Made by a program: the position numbers and the translations under genes. Below are positions 48,195 through 57,458 of a stretch of 57,527 nt of DNA, one piece after another (position 1 is the first letter of the stretch; each line of letters opens with the position of its first letter). This DNA is from an uncultured Mycoplasmatota bacterium (GTDB lineage Bacteria; Bacillota_I; Bacilli_A; RF39; UBA660): positions 1 through 57,527 of the forward strand of contig CAMMMH010000006.1 in NCBI GenBank assembly GCA_946497955.1. The letters run 5' to 3'. The notes under the pieces are model-generated. The model was not told the DNA's origin. It did no database searches and saw only the letters and a program-made list of their open reading frames with translations.

Positions 48195-51011
48195 TTATTC
48201 CTCACTCTTTTTGTTTTCAAGATTATATTTAGTTTCTTTGATTATTTTATCTTTATCTTTTTTATTTTTTTCATCTTGATATAGTATTTTAAATCTCACA
48301 ATTTCCTTATTAACAAATTCTTTAACTTTTTTATCTTTTGGTTTTAATTTTTTAAAAAAAGCGTATTTATCATGAAAAGAATTTGCAATACCATATTCTC
48401 CCTTAACAACTCCAGTATTAAATACTAGACATTCAATCTTGTTTAATAATTCATCATTAGAGGCAATCTTAGATATTATATATTCATATATTTCCCAACA
48501 AGATATTGATACGTCATATAATCTACATAAATCAATTACTTTTACGTAATTATCATAATTGTCATTTTCTTTTAAATACTTAAGTATATCGCTACATAAT
48601 TCATTGTTATATTCGCCAAGTAAATAATATATATAGTTAGATATTTTATAATAATTATTTTCAGTCAATAATTCTATACACAATTTTAAATTATTATATC
48701 TTTCTTCTTTATAATTATTACAAGTTGTTAGATTAACATATCTAAAAAAATTATATAAATTACTATTTGGATTATCTGTTATTTTTTCTTTAAGCAATAG
48801 CCTTAAATCTTCTGGATATTTTTCAAACAAATCATTTAAGAAAAACTCATCTAACCTATTAAATTCACTATACCTAAAATTTTCTAATAATATACAAACA
48901 TCAGCATAGTTATATTCTTCTATAATCATTTTCTCAGTATTAGGATTATATAATACTTCTCCAATAATTCCTTTAGTAATACTATTATACTTTTTTATTT
49001 TATTTAGTAAATAATTTTTATATTCTTTATTATTTACTAAATCAACATTATTAGAAATAAGCTTTAATATCTTAATTTCTAAATTCTCATTTTTATTATT
49101 TTCAACAAATTCTATTAAATTATTTATAATATTCAAATCTATATTACCTGTTTGTAGCATAGCTTGAATAATTTTATCAGCTTTTATGTCATTATCAATT
49201 ATATATTCATAATTTTTATCTTGTCTAATTACCCCAAGTAAGATAAATTCATTCCATTTAGTCTTTATTATTAATTTTCCATAATTTTCTAGTGTTCCAA
49301 TGCCAATTAAAAATCTTCCTGCATTAAAAAAATTCGAATTACTAATTTTTTCATTATCCAATATATCCAATATAGCTATAATCTCTTTAACATTACTCTT
49401 TTTAAAATTTTTGGTATATTCATTTAAATAATTAGTTCTAAATTCTTCATTTTCAGAATCATCAGCACATGGTATTTCATTAATAAAAAAATTGAATAAC
49501 ATTGCATATAAATTCTGAATTTTATCATTTTTTAGTTTTTTATAAAATTTGCTATCTTTTAATTTTGTATTTTTCCAAGCACATACAGATTTATATAGTT
49601 CGTTTTTACTATACACATCAATTTCATCATAATTATTATTGAAAAAATCATATATTGGATTATAGTCAAATATGTTTGTGTTTCTCTCCAACTCACAATT
49701 TATGTTAATTAAAGCATTTAAAGCTTCCTTCGAATGTTGATTAAAAAATATATCTAATATCACTTCTATTGCCTTATATATTTTATTTTTATAATTTTCA
49801 CTAGGGCTTACTTTATTATTTACAAAAGATATCTTATCCATGCCGACTTCTTCACAATAATTATAATTTATATTACAAAAATATTCAGCCAACTTTATTC
49901 TTACATATACATCTAAATCTTTTTCAAAAATTAATAAATAAGCAATTTCGTGAATATTATAATCAGCATAGCCTCTGTTAGAATCAGCTTTATCAGAAAC
50001 TATTAGATTCTCTATAAATTTATCAAACTTTTCTAACATATTATTATTAGTTGATATTTTATATAAAGTAGAAATTATTCTTTTAAAATCACTAAGCCAT
50101 AAATATTTATAGCTTTGTAAAAATTCTAACATTTTACTAAATTTATATTCATATGTATCATAATTCAAGAATTTAGCTGTTTCAATAGGTAATTCACTAA
50201 ATTTTTTTACTATTGAATAAATTATACCTGAATCATAAATTTCTTTGTACTTTTCTTCGTATTCATTAATTAAGGGAATAACTTCTATCATTTTATTAAT
50301 TATTTCTTCCAGCTCATTTAAAGATTTAACATTCTGCAACTTTTTACCGAAATCATCTCCTAATAATATCGCTATATTTTCTGCCCCCTTTTTAATGCTA
50401 GATACACGTTTATTAATAAACTCTAGGCTTGCCATTATCTTCAAAGTTTCTTTTCTTACATCTTCAAAAGTAGACTTAATTCTATTATATTCTTTGCTAT
50501 CCTTTGATTGTAATTCATCTACATCCTTATAAATTATATTATGCCCAAATTCATTCATGGCATGAGCCAACAATGTTGTTAATTGTATTTCACATAATAA
50601 ACCTTTAAACTTATTAAAATCATTTTTTAACGAAATTGTTATGTTAATTCCATCATATTCCATAATATCTTTTGATGGTCTATATGATTCAACATTAAAT
50701 TCATCGTAGATAATATTGTTAAATTTTTTTAATTCATCTTCATCATAAAAAATAATTCTTACGCCACTAAGGTCGTTTAGTTTTTTTATATTTTTGCAAA
50801 TGCCATTTATAATTTTCTCTGTTAACTTGTTTTCCAACGAATCATAAGATTTAACTCGACTATTTAAGGACTGATATTTTATACCATTTTCAATAAGAAT
50901 ATTTTTTACCTTATTCTCAATATAAGATGTAAATTCAACATAGATTAACTGAGATGATAAATATTCTTTTAACATTTGTTCTTTTACTTGTTTAAGTTTT
51001 TCAGATGTCAT
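48195..51011 (-). CDS. RelA/SpoT synthetase-like domain protein with a ~750-aa helical C-terminal extension
   Basis: RVKSYDSLENK, NDLSGVRII and CEIQLTTLLAHAMNEFGHNIIYK in aa ~50-165; no HD, TGS or ACT domain recognisable; AAGGAGG RBS. Confidence 0.85.
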   Translation of the reverse strand: MTSEKLKQVKEQMLKEYLSSQLIYVEFTSYIENKVKNILIENGIKYQSLNSRVKSYDSLENKLTEKIINGICKNIKKLNDLSGVRIIFYDEDELKKFNNIIYDEFNVESYRPSKDIMEYDGINITISLKNDFNKFKGLLCEIQLTTLLAHAMNEFGHNIIYKDVDELQSKDSKEYNRIKSTFEDVRKETLKIMASLEFINKRVSSIKKGAENIAILLGDDFGKKLQNVKSLNELEEIINKMIEVIPLINEYEEKYKEIYDSGIIYSIVKKFSELPIETAKFLNYDTYEYKFSKMLEFLQSYKYLWLSDFKRIISTLYKISTNNNMLEKFDKFIENLIVSDKADSNRGYADYNIHEIAYLLIFEKDLDVYVRIKLAEYFCNINYNYCEEVGMDKISFVNNKVSPSENYKNKIYKAIEVILDIFFNQHSKEALNALININCELERNTNIFDYNPIYDFFNNNYDEIDVYSKNELYKSVCAWKNTKLKDSKFYKKLKNDKIQNLYAMLFNFFINEIPCADDSENEEFRTNYLNEYTKNFKKSNVKEIIAILDILDNEKISNSNFFNAGRFLIGIGTLENYGKLIIKTKWNEFILLGVIRQDKNYEYIIDNDIKADKIIQAMLQTGNIDLNIINNLIEFVENNKNENLEIKILKLISNNVDLVNNKEYKNYLLNKIKKYNSITKGIIGEVLYNPNTEKMIIEEYNYADVCILLENFRYSEFNRLDEFFLNDLFEKYPEDLRLLLKEKITDNPNSNLYNFFRYVNLTTCNNYKEERYNNLKLCIELLTENNYYKISNYIYYLLGEYNNELCSDILKYLKENDNYDNYVKVIDLCRLYDVSISCWEIYEYIISKIASNDELLNKIECLVFNTGVVKGEYGIANSFHDKYAFFKKLKPKDKKVKEFVNKEIVRFKILYQDEKNKKDKDKIIKETKYNLENKKSEE

Positions 51012-51242
51012 TTAGAATCCTCCTTATAAAAGAAAAATTTAATATACCTAATGAAAAAGTTGTTTATTACTATGACTGCAAATATAGGAAATTATAACAC
51101 TTTAGAAATATATAGACAAGCAAGTATCATAGTGATTTAATATCAAAAAGTATTAAAACTTATGTAATATTCAAACTGAAGTAATAAGGTAATTACAACT
51201 TGACTAAAAAAATCTAATATAAAAATAAAGTGAATATTTAAT

Positions 51243-52331
51243 TTACTTCTTTCTTTGTGCATAAAATCTTACACTCGGATATTCTTTTTTCATTTTTACA
51301 ATATCATAGTATGTATACACATAAAATTTTGGAAATTTTTCTTTTACTTCAGTAACCATGTACAATACATATGAGTCTTTATATTTTTCCATAAACTTTA
51401 TCTCTCCACTAGACATATTAAAGATTGGCTTAGTTTCAGATGTTGACTTTACTTCTACATATTTCTTTTCTCCATCTACAATATATTCCATATCATATGG
51501 AGATTGTGGAAAGTCTAAGCTAGTATGATATAACTCATTATCATCATCTAACTTTTCCCTTAATAATTTATATATAAACTCTTCTCCTAGCCTTCCATTT
51601 TCTAATCTAGATTTATTGATTAATTCATAAGTTATAGTTGTAGATTCTTGAATATCTGGATTTTGTCCAACCACTACAACATAGTCATTATCTACCACTT
51701 TATTAGGATCTATAATTAATTTTTTTCCTACACCTTTTTTCCTTCTAAAGACAGTTGATAGAGGTATTCCATTTGGTCCTATTAAAGAGGTTATAAAGTT
51801 TAAAGTCTTAGTATCTTGGTAATACTCAAACCCTCTAACTACAAATGCAAATCCTCCATTTTGTTCCATAATTGAATTTAAAACAGCCTTATTGTCAATA
51901 TTATAACCATCTGCTTTAAAACTAAAAGTTATTGGATAATGAAGTTTTATTCTTCCTAAATGTGTATTATTAACTTTACTTCCATTTAACTTAGTTATAA
52001 CATGATCTGTTTCTCTTTTAAAATACATAGCAAATTGAAATTTAGTATTTAATTTTATTCCATCCAATAAGAAATTACTAAATATAAACACATTATCAAT
52101 ACTATTTCCAGAATGTGAAGAACTTTGACATTTATGAATTAGCATGGCCGGTGGATTAATAACATTACAATTATATTTTTTTAATTCTAATATATCTTTT
52201 CTCCATTTATTTTCATCTTTGCTTTGATTTAGTGGTGTTGAGACTGTCGCAGTTTGACCTTTTGCATAATCATTATATGTTCCTAAAAATAAAGATTTTT
52301 CATCAATTTTAAATCTAATTTTATTTTTCAT
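51243..52331 (-). CDS. DUF3883/NO VEIN-like PD-(D/E)XK endonuclease, probable cognate restriction enzyme
   Basis: GRLGEEFIY...PYDM...YVEVKST...FNMSSGE; overlaps the methyltransferase stop. Confidence 0.82.
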   Translation of the reverse strand: MKNKIRFKIDEKSLFLGTYNDYAKGQTATVSTPLNQSKDENKWRKDILELKKYNCNVINPPAMLIHKCQSSSHSGNSIDNVFIFSNFLLDGIKLNTKFQFAMYFKRETDHVITKLNGSKVNNTHLGRIKLHYPITFSFKADGYNIDNKAVLNSIMEQNGGFAFVVRGFEYYQDTKTLNFITSLIGPNGIPLSTVFRRKKGVGKKLIIDPNKVVDNDYVVVVGQNPDIQESTTITYELINKSRLENGRLGEEFIYKLLREKLDDDNELYHTSLDFPQSPYDMEYIVDGEKKYVEVKSTSETKPIFNMSSGEIKFMEKYKDSYVLYMVTEVKEKFPKFYVYTYYDIVKMKKEYPSVRFYAQRKK

Positions 52332-53427
52332 TACTACCTCCTGTATTTAAATTCAACCAATCTTCGTCAAAATCCTTAAGTTGCTTAAATATAAATTCTA
52401 ATAATATTGTAACTAAATTAACATCCCAACCATTACCAGCTCTTTTAGATAATTGCGTATATGATTGATTTCCAAATACAATATCAACTTTTCTCCCTTT
52501 GATATTTAAGCCTTCAAGCCCCATCAATCTAAATTGCTCAGTAACTGACATTTTTCTTACAACCTCTTTATTTCTATTAGGTTCTATAACTCTTAAGCTA
52601 TTATGTTCAGGCATAGTTATTGTAATAGAATATCCGTCTGTTTTGATTTTTTTATTATATACATCAAAACACAAAGCTTTTTTTACTTTAAAACTATCAA
52701 TTTTATGTTTTTCTTTTAAGTGCTCTATTTGCTTATCCGACAAATACATCTCTTTTGGAACGTATTCTTTAGGATCTAAAAAATCTGCCATTAATAATCC
52801 TGTTATATTTTTAGGGGGTTCCATCGAAAAGTTTTTTGGTAAACCTCCAAGCTTTGCAAACATCCAAACCCTTTCGCGATTTTGAGGAATACCATAATCT
52901 TTACTATTTAATAAAGCAACCCTTAATGGAGATTCATCTTTATCATTTTTATCTGCAACATACCCCATCTCTCTTAGCATATCTTCCATTTGTTTTCTAG
53001 TTGTCTGAAACTTTTTTGAAAAAAATCCTTTAACATTTTCAAGCAATATATATCTTGGCTTTTTTGCATCACATATTCTCATAATATGTTGAAATAAAGT
53101 TCCTCTTCCATAAGGATCATCTATGCCTTTTTGCATTCCTGCAGTTGAAAAAGGCTGACATGGAAAACCACCCATAAAAATATCAAAATCAGGAACATCA
53201 TCAGGATTTAGTTTAGTAATATCTCCAAAATTTTTAATATTTTTCCCATTTTTATCTTTATGATTTAAATTGTATAGCTCACACGCATATTTATCAATTT
53301 CAGAATATCCAATTACTTCAAATAAAAAATCAGGATATTTTTCTTTTAATCTGTCTAAAGCAAAATGTCCACCGCCATATCCTGCAAAGCCTTCAAAAAC
53401 CCTTAATACTTTTTTGTTTTTGTTCAC
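52321..53427 (-). CDS. DNA (cytosine-5)-methyltransferase
   Basis: FAGYGG (I), GFPCQPFS (IV), LENV (VI), QNRERVW (VIII), AGNGW (X); likely GTG start at 53427 after AGGAGG. Confidence 0.96.
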   Translation of the reverse strand: MNKNKKVLRVFEGFAGYGGGHFALDRLKEKYPDFLFEVIGYSEIDKYACELYNLNHKDKNGKNIKNFGDITKLNPDDVPDFDIFMGGFPCQPFSTAGMQKGIDDPYGRGTLFQHIMRICDAKKPRYILLENVKGFFSKKFQTTRKQMEDMLREMGYVADKNDKDESPLRVALLNSKDYGIPQNRERVWMFAKLGGLPKNFSMEPPKNITGLLMADFLDPKEYVPKEMYLSDKQIEHLKEKHKIDSFKVKKALCFDVYNKKIKTDGYSITITMPEHNSLRVIEPNRNKEVVRKMSVTEQFRLMGLEGLNIKGRKVDIVFGNQSYTQLSKRAGNGWDVNLVTILLEFIFKQLKDFDEDWLNLNTGGSNEK

Positions 53428-53632
53428 AATGTTGCCTCCTAACTTTGGTAACTTAATAATCATATTTTTTATTATATGTTTATTAGAATACCTCTTACAT
53501 TTATATTATAGCATGTATATTTTAAGATGTAAATCAATGAAAAAACATAGTTTTCATTTTATACCAAAATTTACATGGCTAAAACTTAATTATATCAAAC
53601 TCATTATATAATTAGTAAAAAATTATTTAGTA

Positions 53633-54013
53633 TTATTCAAAATGACTATTTCTGCACAATTTATCTACATCACTGACATCTGGAATAGGGGGTAATTTTT
53701 CAATGCCATATGGATAAAGTTTTCTAATCTCTTTAACATTTTGCAAAAATTTATTACTAGACCATAAATTAATAAAATCTTTATCACTCAACATTGAAAC
53801 TGCTGTTTTGCCATCATATATAATGCCATTATATATATTCATCTTTAGTTTACTATTTTTACAATGCAAATGAGGAAAAGATGGATTAATATCAGAATCG
53901 CCTTTTTTAAAGTACCAGTTCCTTTTGCTTAATTTAAATGGTATTGGGCCAAAGAAAAGTGGCTCACTAAAAAACGAGAGCAATTGCCAAAGTATTAGTT
54001 TTAAAATGTACAT
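53633..54013 (-). CDS. Hypothetical protein (126 aa) with a PSFPHLH motif
   Basis: ORF inside the defence island; start uncertain. Confidence 0.5.
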   Translation of the reverse strand: MYILKLILWQLLSFFSEPLFFGPIPFKLSKRNWYFKKGDSDINPSFPHLHCKNSKLKMNIYNGIIYDGKTAVSMLSDKDFINLWSSNKFLQNVKEIRKLYPYGIEKLPPIPDVSDVDKLCRNSHFE

Positions 54014-54087
54014 ATATTCAAATCACTACTTTCAAAATTATATTATTATATTTTTTATGAACATATTTTCAGAATCAAAAAACACTA

Positions 54088-54924
54088 CTAAAATAACTCT
54101 TTCACAATTAAATCTTCAGAATGTAAATTATTATTTTTTCCTAATAATAAATTCTCATAAAACTTAATTAAATAACCTTTATCTTCTTTAATGCCTAAAT
54201 CATTATTAAAATAATTACTTCTAACTAATGCATTTCTAAAATATACTGATTTATCTTTAAATAAAGTATTATCTACGTTATAACCTAAATTAATTAAATA
54301 CTTTTCTATAAATAAAGCTGTAGTTCTAGTATTACCTTCTCTAAAAGGATGTACTTGCCATATACTAGAAGAAAAATCAGTAATATTTTTAATCACGTCT
54401 ACAATAGACATATCTTTATAGTTTTTATCTTTTTCTAAACTTATGTCATATTCTAAAGATTCTTTTAAAGTCTTATAATCTCCATAAGCTACAGAATCAT
54501 TATTTAATATTTTTTCATGTTTAGAAAAATTAATATCTCTAAACTCTCCTGCAAATTCATAAACATCTTGAAATAAATATTTATGAATATACTTTAAATA
54601 ATCTACTGATAACTCAAAATTATCTTTTTCTAATAACTCAACTATTCTCATAGATACAAAGTCACATTCTAATTCATTATGATTAATATTATTTTGTTTT
54701 GATTTTTCTACATAATACTCTTTTAGACTTTTCTCTACTTCTTCTATTGATAATTCTCCTAAAACATTCTTTTCTTTAATCTGTTCTAGATATTTAGATG
54801 GTTTTAAATTATCTACCTCTTGTAAACCAATAGCCATATCCCACTCTAATTGTTTAACATAGCCTTTAGGATTATCTATCTCATTATATTGATTTATACT
54901 AGAATCAAAATCTCTTTCACTCAC
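54088..54924 (-). CDS. Fic domain protein
   Basis: HPFREGNTRT Fic motif; N-terminal AIGLQEVDNL inhibitory-helix-like segment. Confidence 0.93.
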   Translation of the reverse strand: MSERDFDSSINQYNEIDNPKGYVKQLEWDMAIGLQEVDNLKPSKYLEQIKEKNVLGELSIEEVEKSLKEYYVEKSKQNNINHNELECDFVSMRIVELLEKDNFELSVDYLKYIHKYLFQDVYEFAGEFRDINFSKHEKILNNDSVAYGDYKTLKESLEYDISLEKDKNYKDMSIVDVIKNITDFSSSIWQVHPFREGNTRTTALFIEKYLINLGYNVDNTLFKDKSVYFRNALVRSNYFNNDLGIKEDKGYLIKFYENLLLGKNNNLHSEDLIVKELF

Positions 54925-55107
54925 AACATCACCTTCATCTAATACAATTATAGCATATAAATTTAATATTATAGTAAAATAACTTAAATTAATTGATATA
55001 AAGAAATAATTTAATTACCAAACATTACCAATTACTTTCTAACAAACAAAAAATCGACTCATAAGAATCGACTATATCATTAAGTCTTTACGACTAACTT
55101 TCCATTA

Positions 55108-55184
55108 TGGGGCGGTATAAGGGAATCGAACCCTTGCATACTGGTGCCACAAACCAGCGTGTTAACCACTTCACCAATACCGCC
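55108..55184 (-). tRNA. tRNA-His (GTG)
   Basis: GGCGGTATTGGTGAAGTGGTTAACACGCTGGTTTGTGGCACCAGTATGCAAGGGTTCGATTCCCTTATACCGCCCCA: G-1, anticodon GTG (55148-55150), T-loop TTCGATT, encoded CCA. Confidence 0.97.
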
Positions 55185-55247
55185 ATCTGAAATACATACC
55201 TATTATAACCATAAAACTATTAAATAAGCAAGTTTTTTTTGCAATAT

Positions 55248-56949
55248 CAGCAAAAAAGAGTAAATTTCTTCGCAAAGAAAATCTGATATAATTATTACTA
55301 CAGAATAAGAAAGGATGTAGTAATGAAAAAAAGAAGTAAAAAGGAAGAGGAAAAATTACAGGAAGAAATAAAGAAATATGCAAATGAACCAAGAAGTGTA
55401 AGAAGAAAAAAAGAAAGAGAATTAAAGAAAGAATATAAAGATAAATCTATTACAATTAAATCAGGTAAGAAATTCAAGAAAACTAAAGAACCTCTTACTA
55501 GAAAACAAAGAAGAGAACTTTTAAAAGATAAAAATCTATTAAAGGAAGTTTTAAAGATAATTAGAAAATATTTCCCACAGTTAGAAAACTTATTTAGTAA
55601 ATTAACTGATAAAAGACATAAAAGTTATATTACTTATAAGATGAGAACTATTATAATGACTAGATTATTATCTTTAATTTGCGGTATTACTACCATGAAA
55701 GGTATTAATCAAAAATTTAATACTGATGAAGCTATTAAAAATTTATCTTCTATTTGTAACCAAGAACTTAAAGAAGTTCCTGATTGGCAAACTATTCAAG
55801 ATGTTATTGAAACTCTTTCTATAGAAGAAATAGAAGATATTAGGAAATATATGGTAAAGGCTTTAATTAGAAGTAAAATGTTTGATAGATTTAGATATAA
55901 AGGTGCTATTCAAGTATTAGTAGATGCTACTGGTCTATCTAGTCATGATTATAACTTAAATGGTAATTGTATTTCTAGAACTAAAAGTGGCATTATTAAA
56001 TACTATAAATATGTCTTAGAAGCTAAAATTGTTTTTGGTAACATTGTTATTAGTATTGATTCTGAATGGATAGAAAATAAGGAATTAAATAATGAAAACG
56101 AGAAACAAGACTGTGAAGTTAATGCTTTTAAAAGAATGGCTCCAAGACTTAAGAAAAATTATCCTAAAATGAAATTTATTATTACAGGGGATGCTTTATA
56201 TGCTACTACTCCTATGATTGATATTTGTAAAGATAATAAGTGGTATTATATCTTTAATCTTAAGAAAGATAGACTTAAAAATGTCTATGAACAATTTACG
56301 GATAATGTTAACTACTTTAATGAAACTAATAAAGAAAACTATTATTTATCTAAAAATGTAGAGTTTAATGATAATGTTTTTGATGTGTTTAAATATATAG
56401 AAGTTACTAATAATAAAACTACTACTTTTCACTATGTTAGCAATCTTAATGTTAAAGATAGTAATATAGAAGAAATTGTTAATATGGGTAGACGTAGATG
56501 GAAGATAGAAAATGAAGGCTTTAATCAACAAAAAAATGGGACTTTTTGTATTTCCCATATGAGTAGTAGACATATTGTTGGTTTAAAGGTCCAATATTAT
56601 TTAATACAGATCGCCCATATTATAAGACAACTATTAGAATATGGTTCTATTATAATAAAAGAGATTCGTGATATAACAAAAAAGGAAATAAGCGACAAAA
56701 TTTCCACCATGCTTACTTCCAACAAAATCTCAAATTTTAATTGTTTGGATTTGAATTTTCAATTAAGATTTGATGGTTAAAGTGTAACATATTTCAGGGG
56801 AGTTGAAAACTAGTGGTGGAAATTTTTACAGTGTATTTGACACTTCTTTTTTGCATGGTTTATTTATGCGAAGAAAAAGATTTATGTTATTTTTCAATCT
56901 TTTGCACATAAATCTTTTCTTTTTTAATTAAATTTGCTCTTTTTTACTG
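55248..56949 (+). mobile_element. Intact insertion sequence (DDE; IS4-superfamily/ISAs1- or ISNCY-like), 1702 bp
   Basis: TIRs cagcaaaaaagagtaaattt (55248-55267) and aaatttgctcttttttactg (56930-56949), 18/20 match; perfect TSD TGCAATAT at 55240-55247 and 56950-56957. Confidence 0.92.
55323..56780 (+). CDS. DDE transposase
   Basis: LVDATG, QDCEVNAFKR, TGDALY, GRRRWKIENEGFNQQKN. Confidence 0.92.
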   Translation: MKKRSKKEEEKLQEEIKKYANEPRSVRRKKERELKKEYKDKSITIKSGKKFKKTKEPLTRKQRRELLKDKNLLKEVLKIIRKYFPQLENLFSKLTDKRHKSYITYKMRTIIMTRLLSLICGITTMKGINQKFNTDEAIKNLSSICNQELKEVPDWQTIQDVIETLSIEEIEDIRKYMVKALIRSKMFDRFRYKGAIQVLVDATGLSSHDYNLNGNCISRTKSGIIKYYKYVLEAKIVFGNIVISIDSEWIENKELNNENEKQDCEVNAFKRMAPRLKKNYPKMKFIITGDALYATTPMIDICKDNKWYYIFNLKKDRLKNVYEQFTDNVNYFNETNKENYYLSKNVEFNDNVFDVFKYIEVTNNKTTTFHYVSNLNVKDSNIEEIVNMGRRRWKIENEGFNQQKNGTFCISHMSSRHIVGLKVQYYLIQIAHIIRQLLEYGSIIIKEIRDITKKEISDKISTMLTSNKISNFNCLDLNFQLRFDG

Positions 56950-56994
56950 TGCAATATTGTATAAAAAATAGAAATATGTAAATAATAAAAATAA

Positions 56995-57036
56995 TTAGCA
57001 CTTTAACTTGACAAGTGCTAAAAACAGTGGTATAAC
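56995..57036 (+). promoter_or_regulatory. CIRCE (HrcA operator) overlapping the sigA promoter of hsp20
   Basis: TTAGCACTT-N9-AAGTGCTAA (56995-57021); TTGACA (57008-57013), 17 nt, TATAAC (57031-57036) with a TG extension. Confidence 0.9.
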
Positions 57037-57068
57037 ATAATTGTAATGAGAAAGGAAAGTGATAATAT

Positions 57069-57458
57069 ATGTTACCAACAAGATTTTATTTTGATAATGC
57101 ATTTGATCAATTATTTGGAAATGAAGGAAGTAAGATGATGAATTGTGATATCTATGAAAAGGATAACACATATCATGTAGAGATGGATTTACCAGGATTT
57201 AAGAAAGATGAAATTAAAGTAGAATGTAACAAAGGAAACTTAGTTATAACTGCTGAAAAATCATCTAATGAAGAAGATAAAGATGAAGATAAAAAATATC
57301 TACGTCGTGAAAGAAGTTATGGTAAATATTCTAGAAGTTTCTATCTAGGTGATATTAAAGAAGATGCTATTGAAGCTAAATTCGATAATGGTACATTAAG
57401 TATTTCTATTCCAAAAATTGATGAAAATGAAAATAAAAAACTTATTGATATAAAATAA
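57069..57458 (+). CDS. Hsp20/alpha-crystallin small heat shock protein
   Basis: DIYE, DLPGFKKDEI, RRERSYGKYSRSF, AKFDNGTLSISIPK. Confidence 0.96.
   Translation: MLPTRFYFDNAFDQLFGNEGSKMMNCDIYEKDNTYHVEMDLPGFKKDEIKVECNKGNLVITAEKSSNEEDKDEDKKYLRRERSYGKYSRSFYLGDIKEDAIEAKFDNGTLSISIPKIDENENKKLIDIK

Larger units (their letters stand above)
35866..54924 (-). other. Defence island downstream of tRNA-His
   Basis: Contiguous co-oriented Wadjet II, GmrSD-like, RelA/SpoT-like, type II R-M and Fic genes. Confidence 0.8.

Noticed and set aside
48195-51011. Housekeeping rel/relA call
   Set aside because: Lacks HD, TGS and ACT domains, has altered motifs and sits in island context.
4947-53611. Many short plus-strand ORFs in the track (e.g. 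4947, 7298, 9097, 14841, 19569, 22660, 23681, 33142, 41942, 42371, 47752, 50245, 52499, 53270)
   Set aside because: Antisense shadows of well-supported minus-strand genes; S/F/L/I-rich, with no RBS or motifs.
55108-55130. Duplicate of the tRNA-His 3' end as an island att site
   Set aside because: No second copy found by eye in the window, and no integrase present.
55171-56573. Minus-strand ORFs 55171-55392 and 56346-56573
   Set aside because: Shadows of the transposase and the tRNA promoter region.
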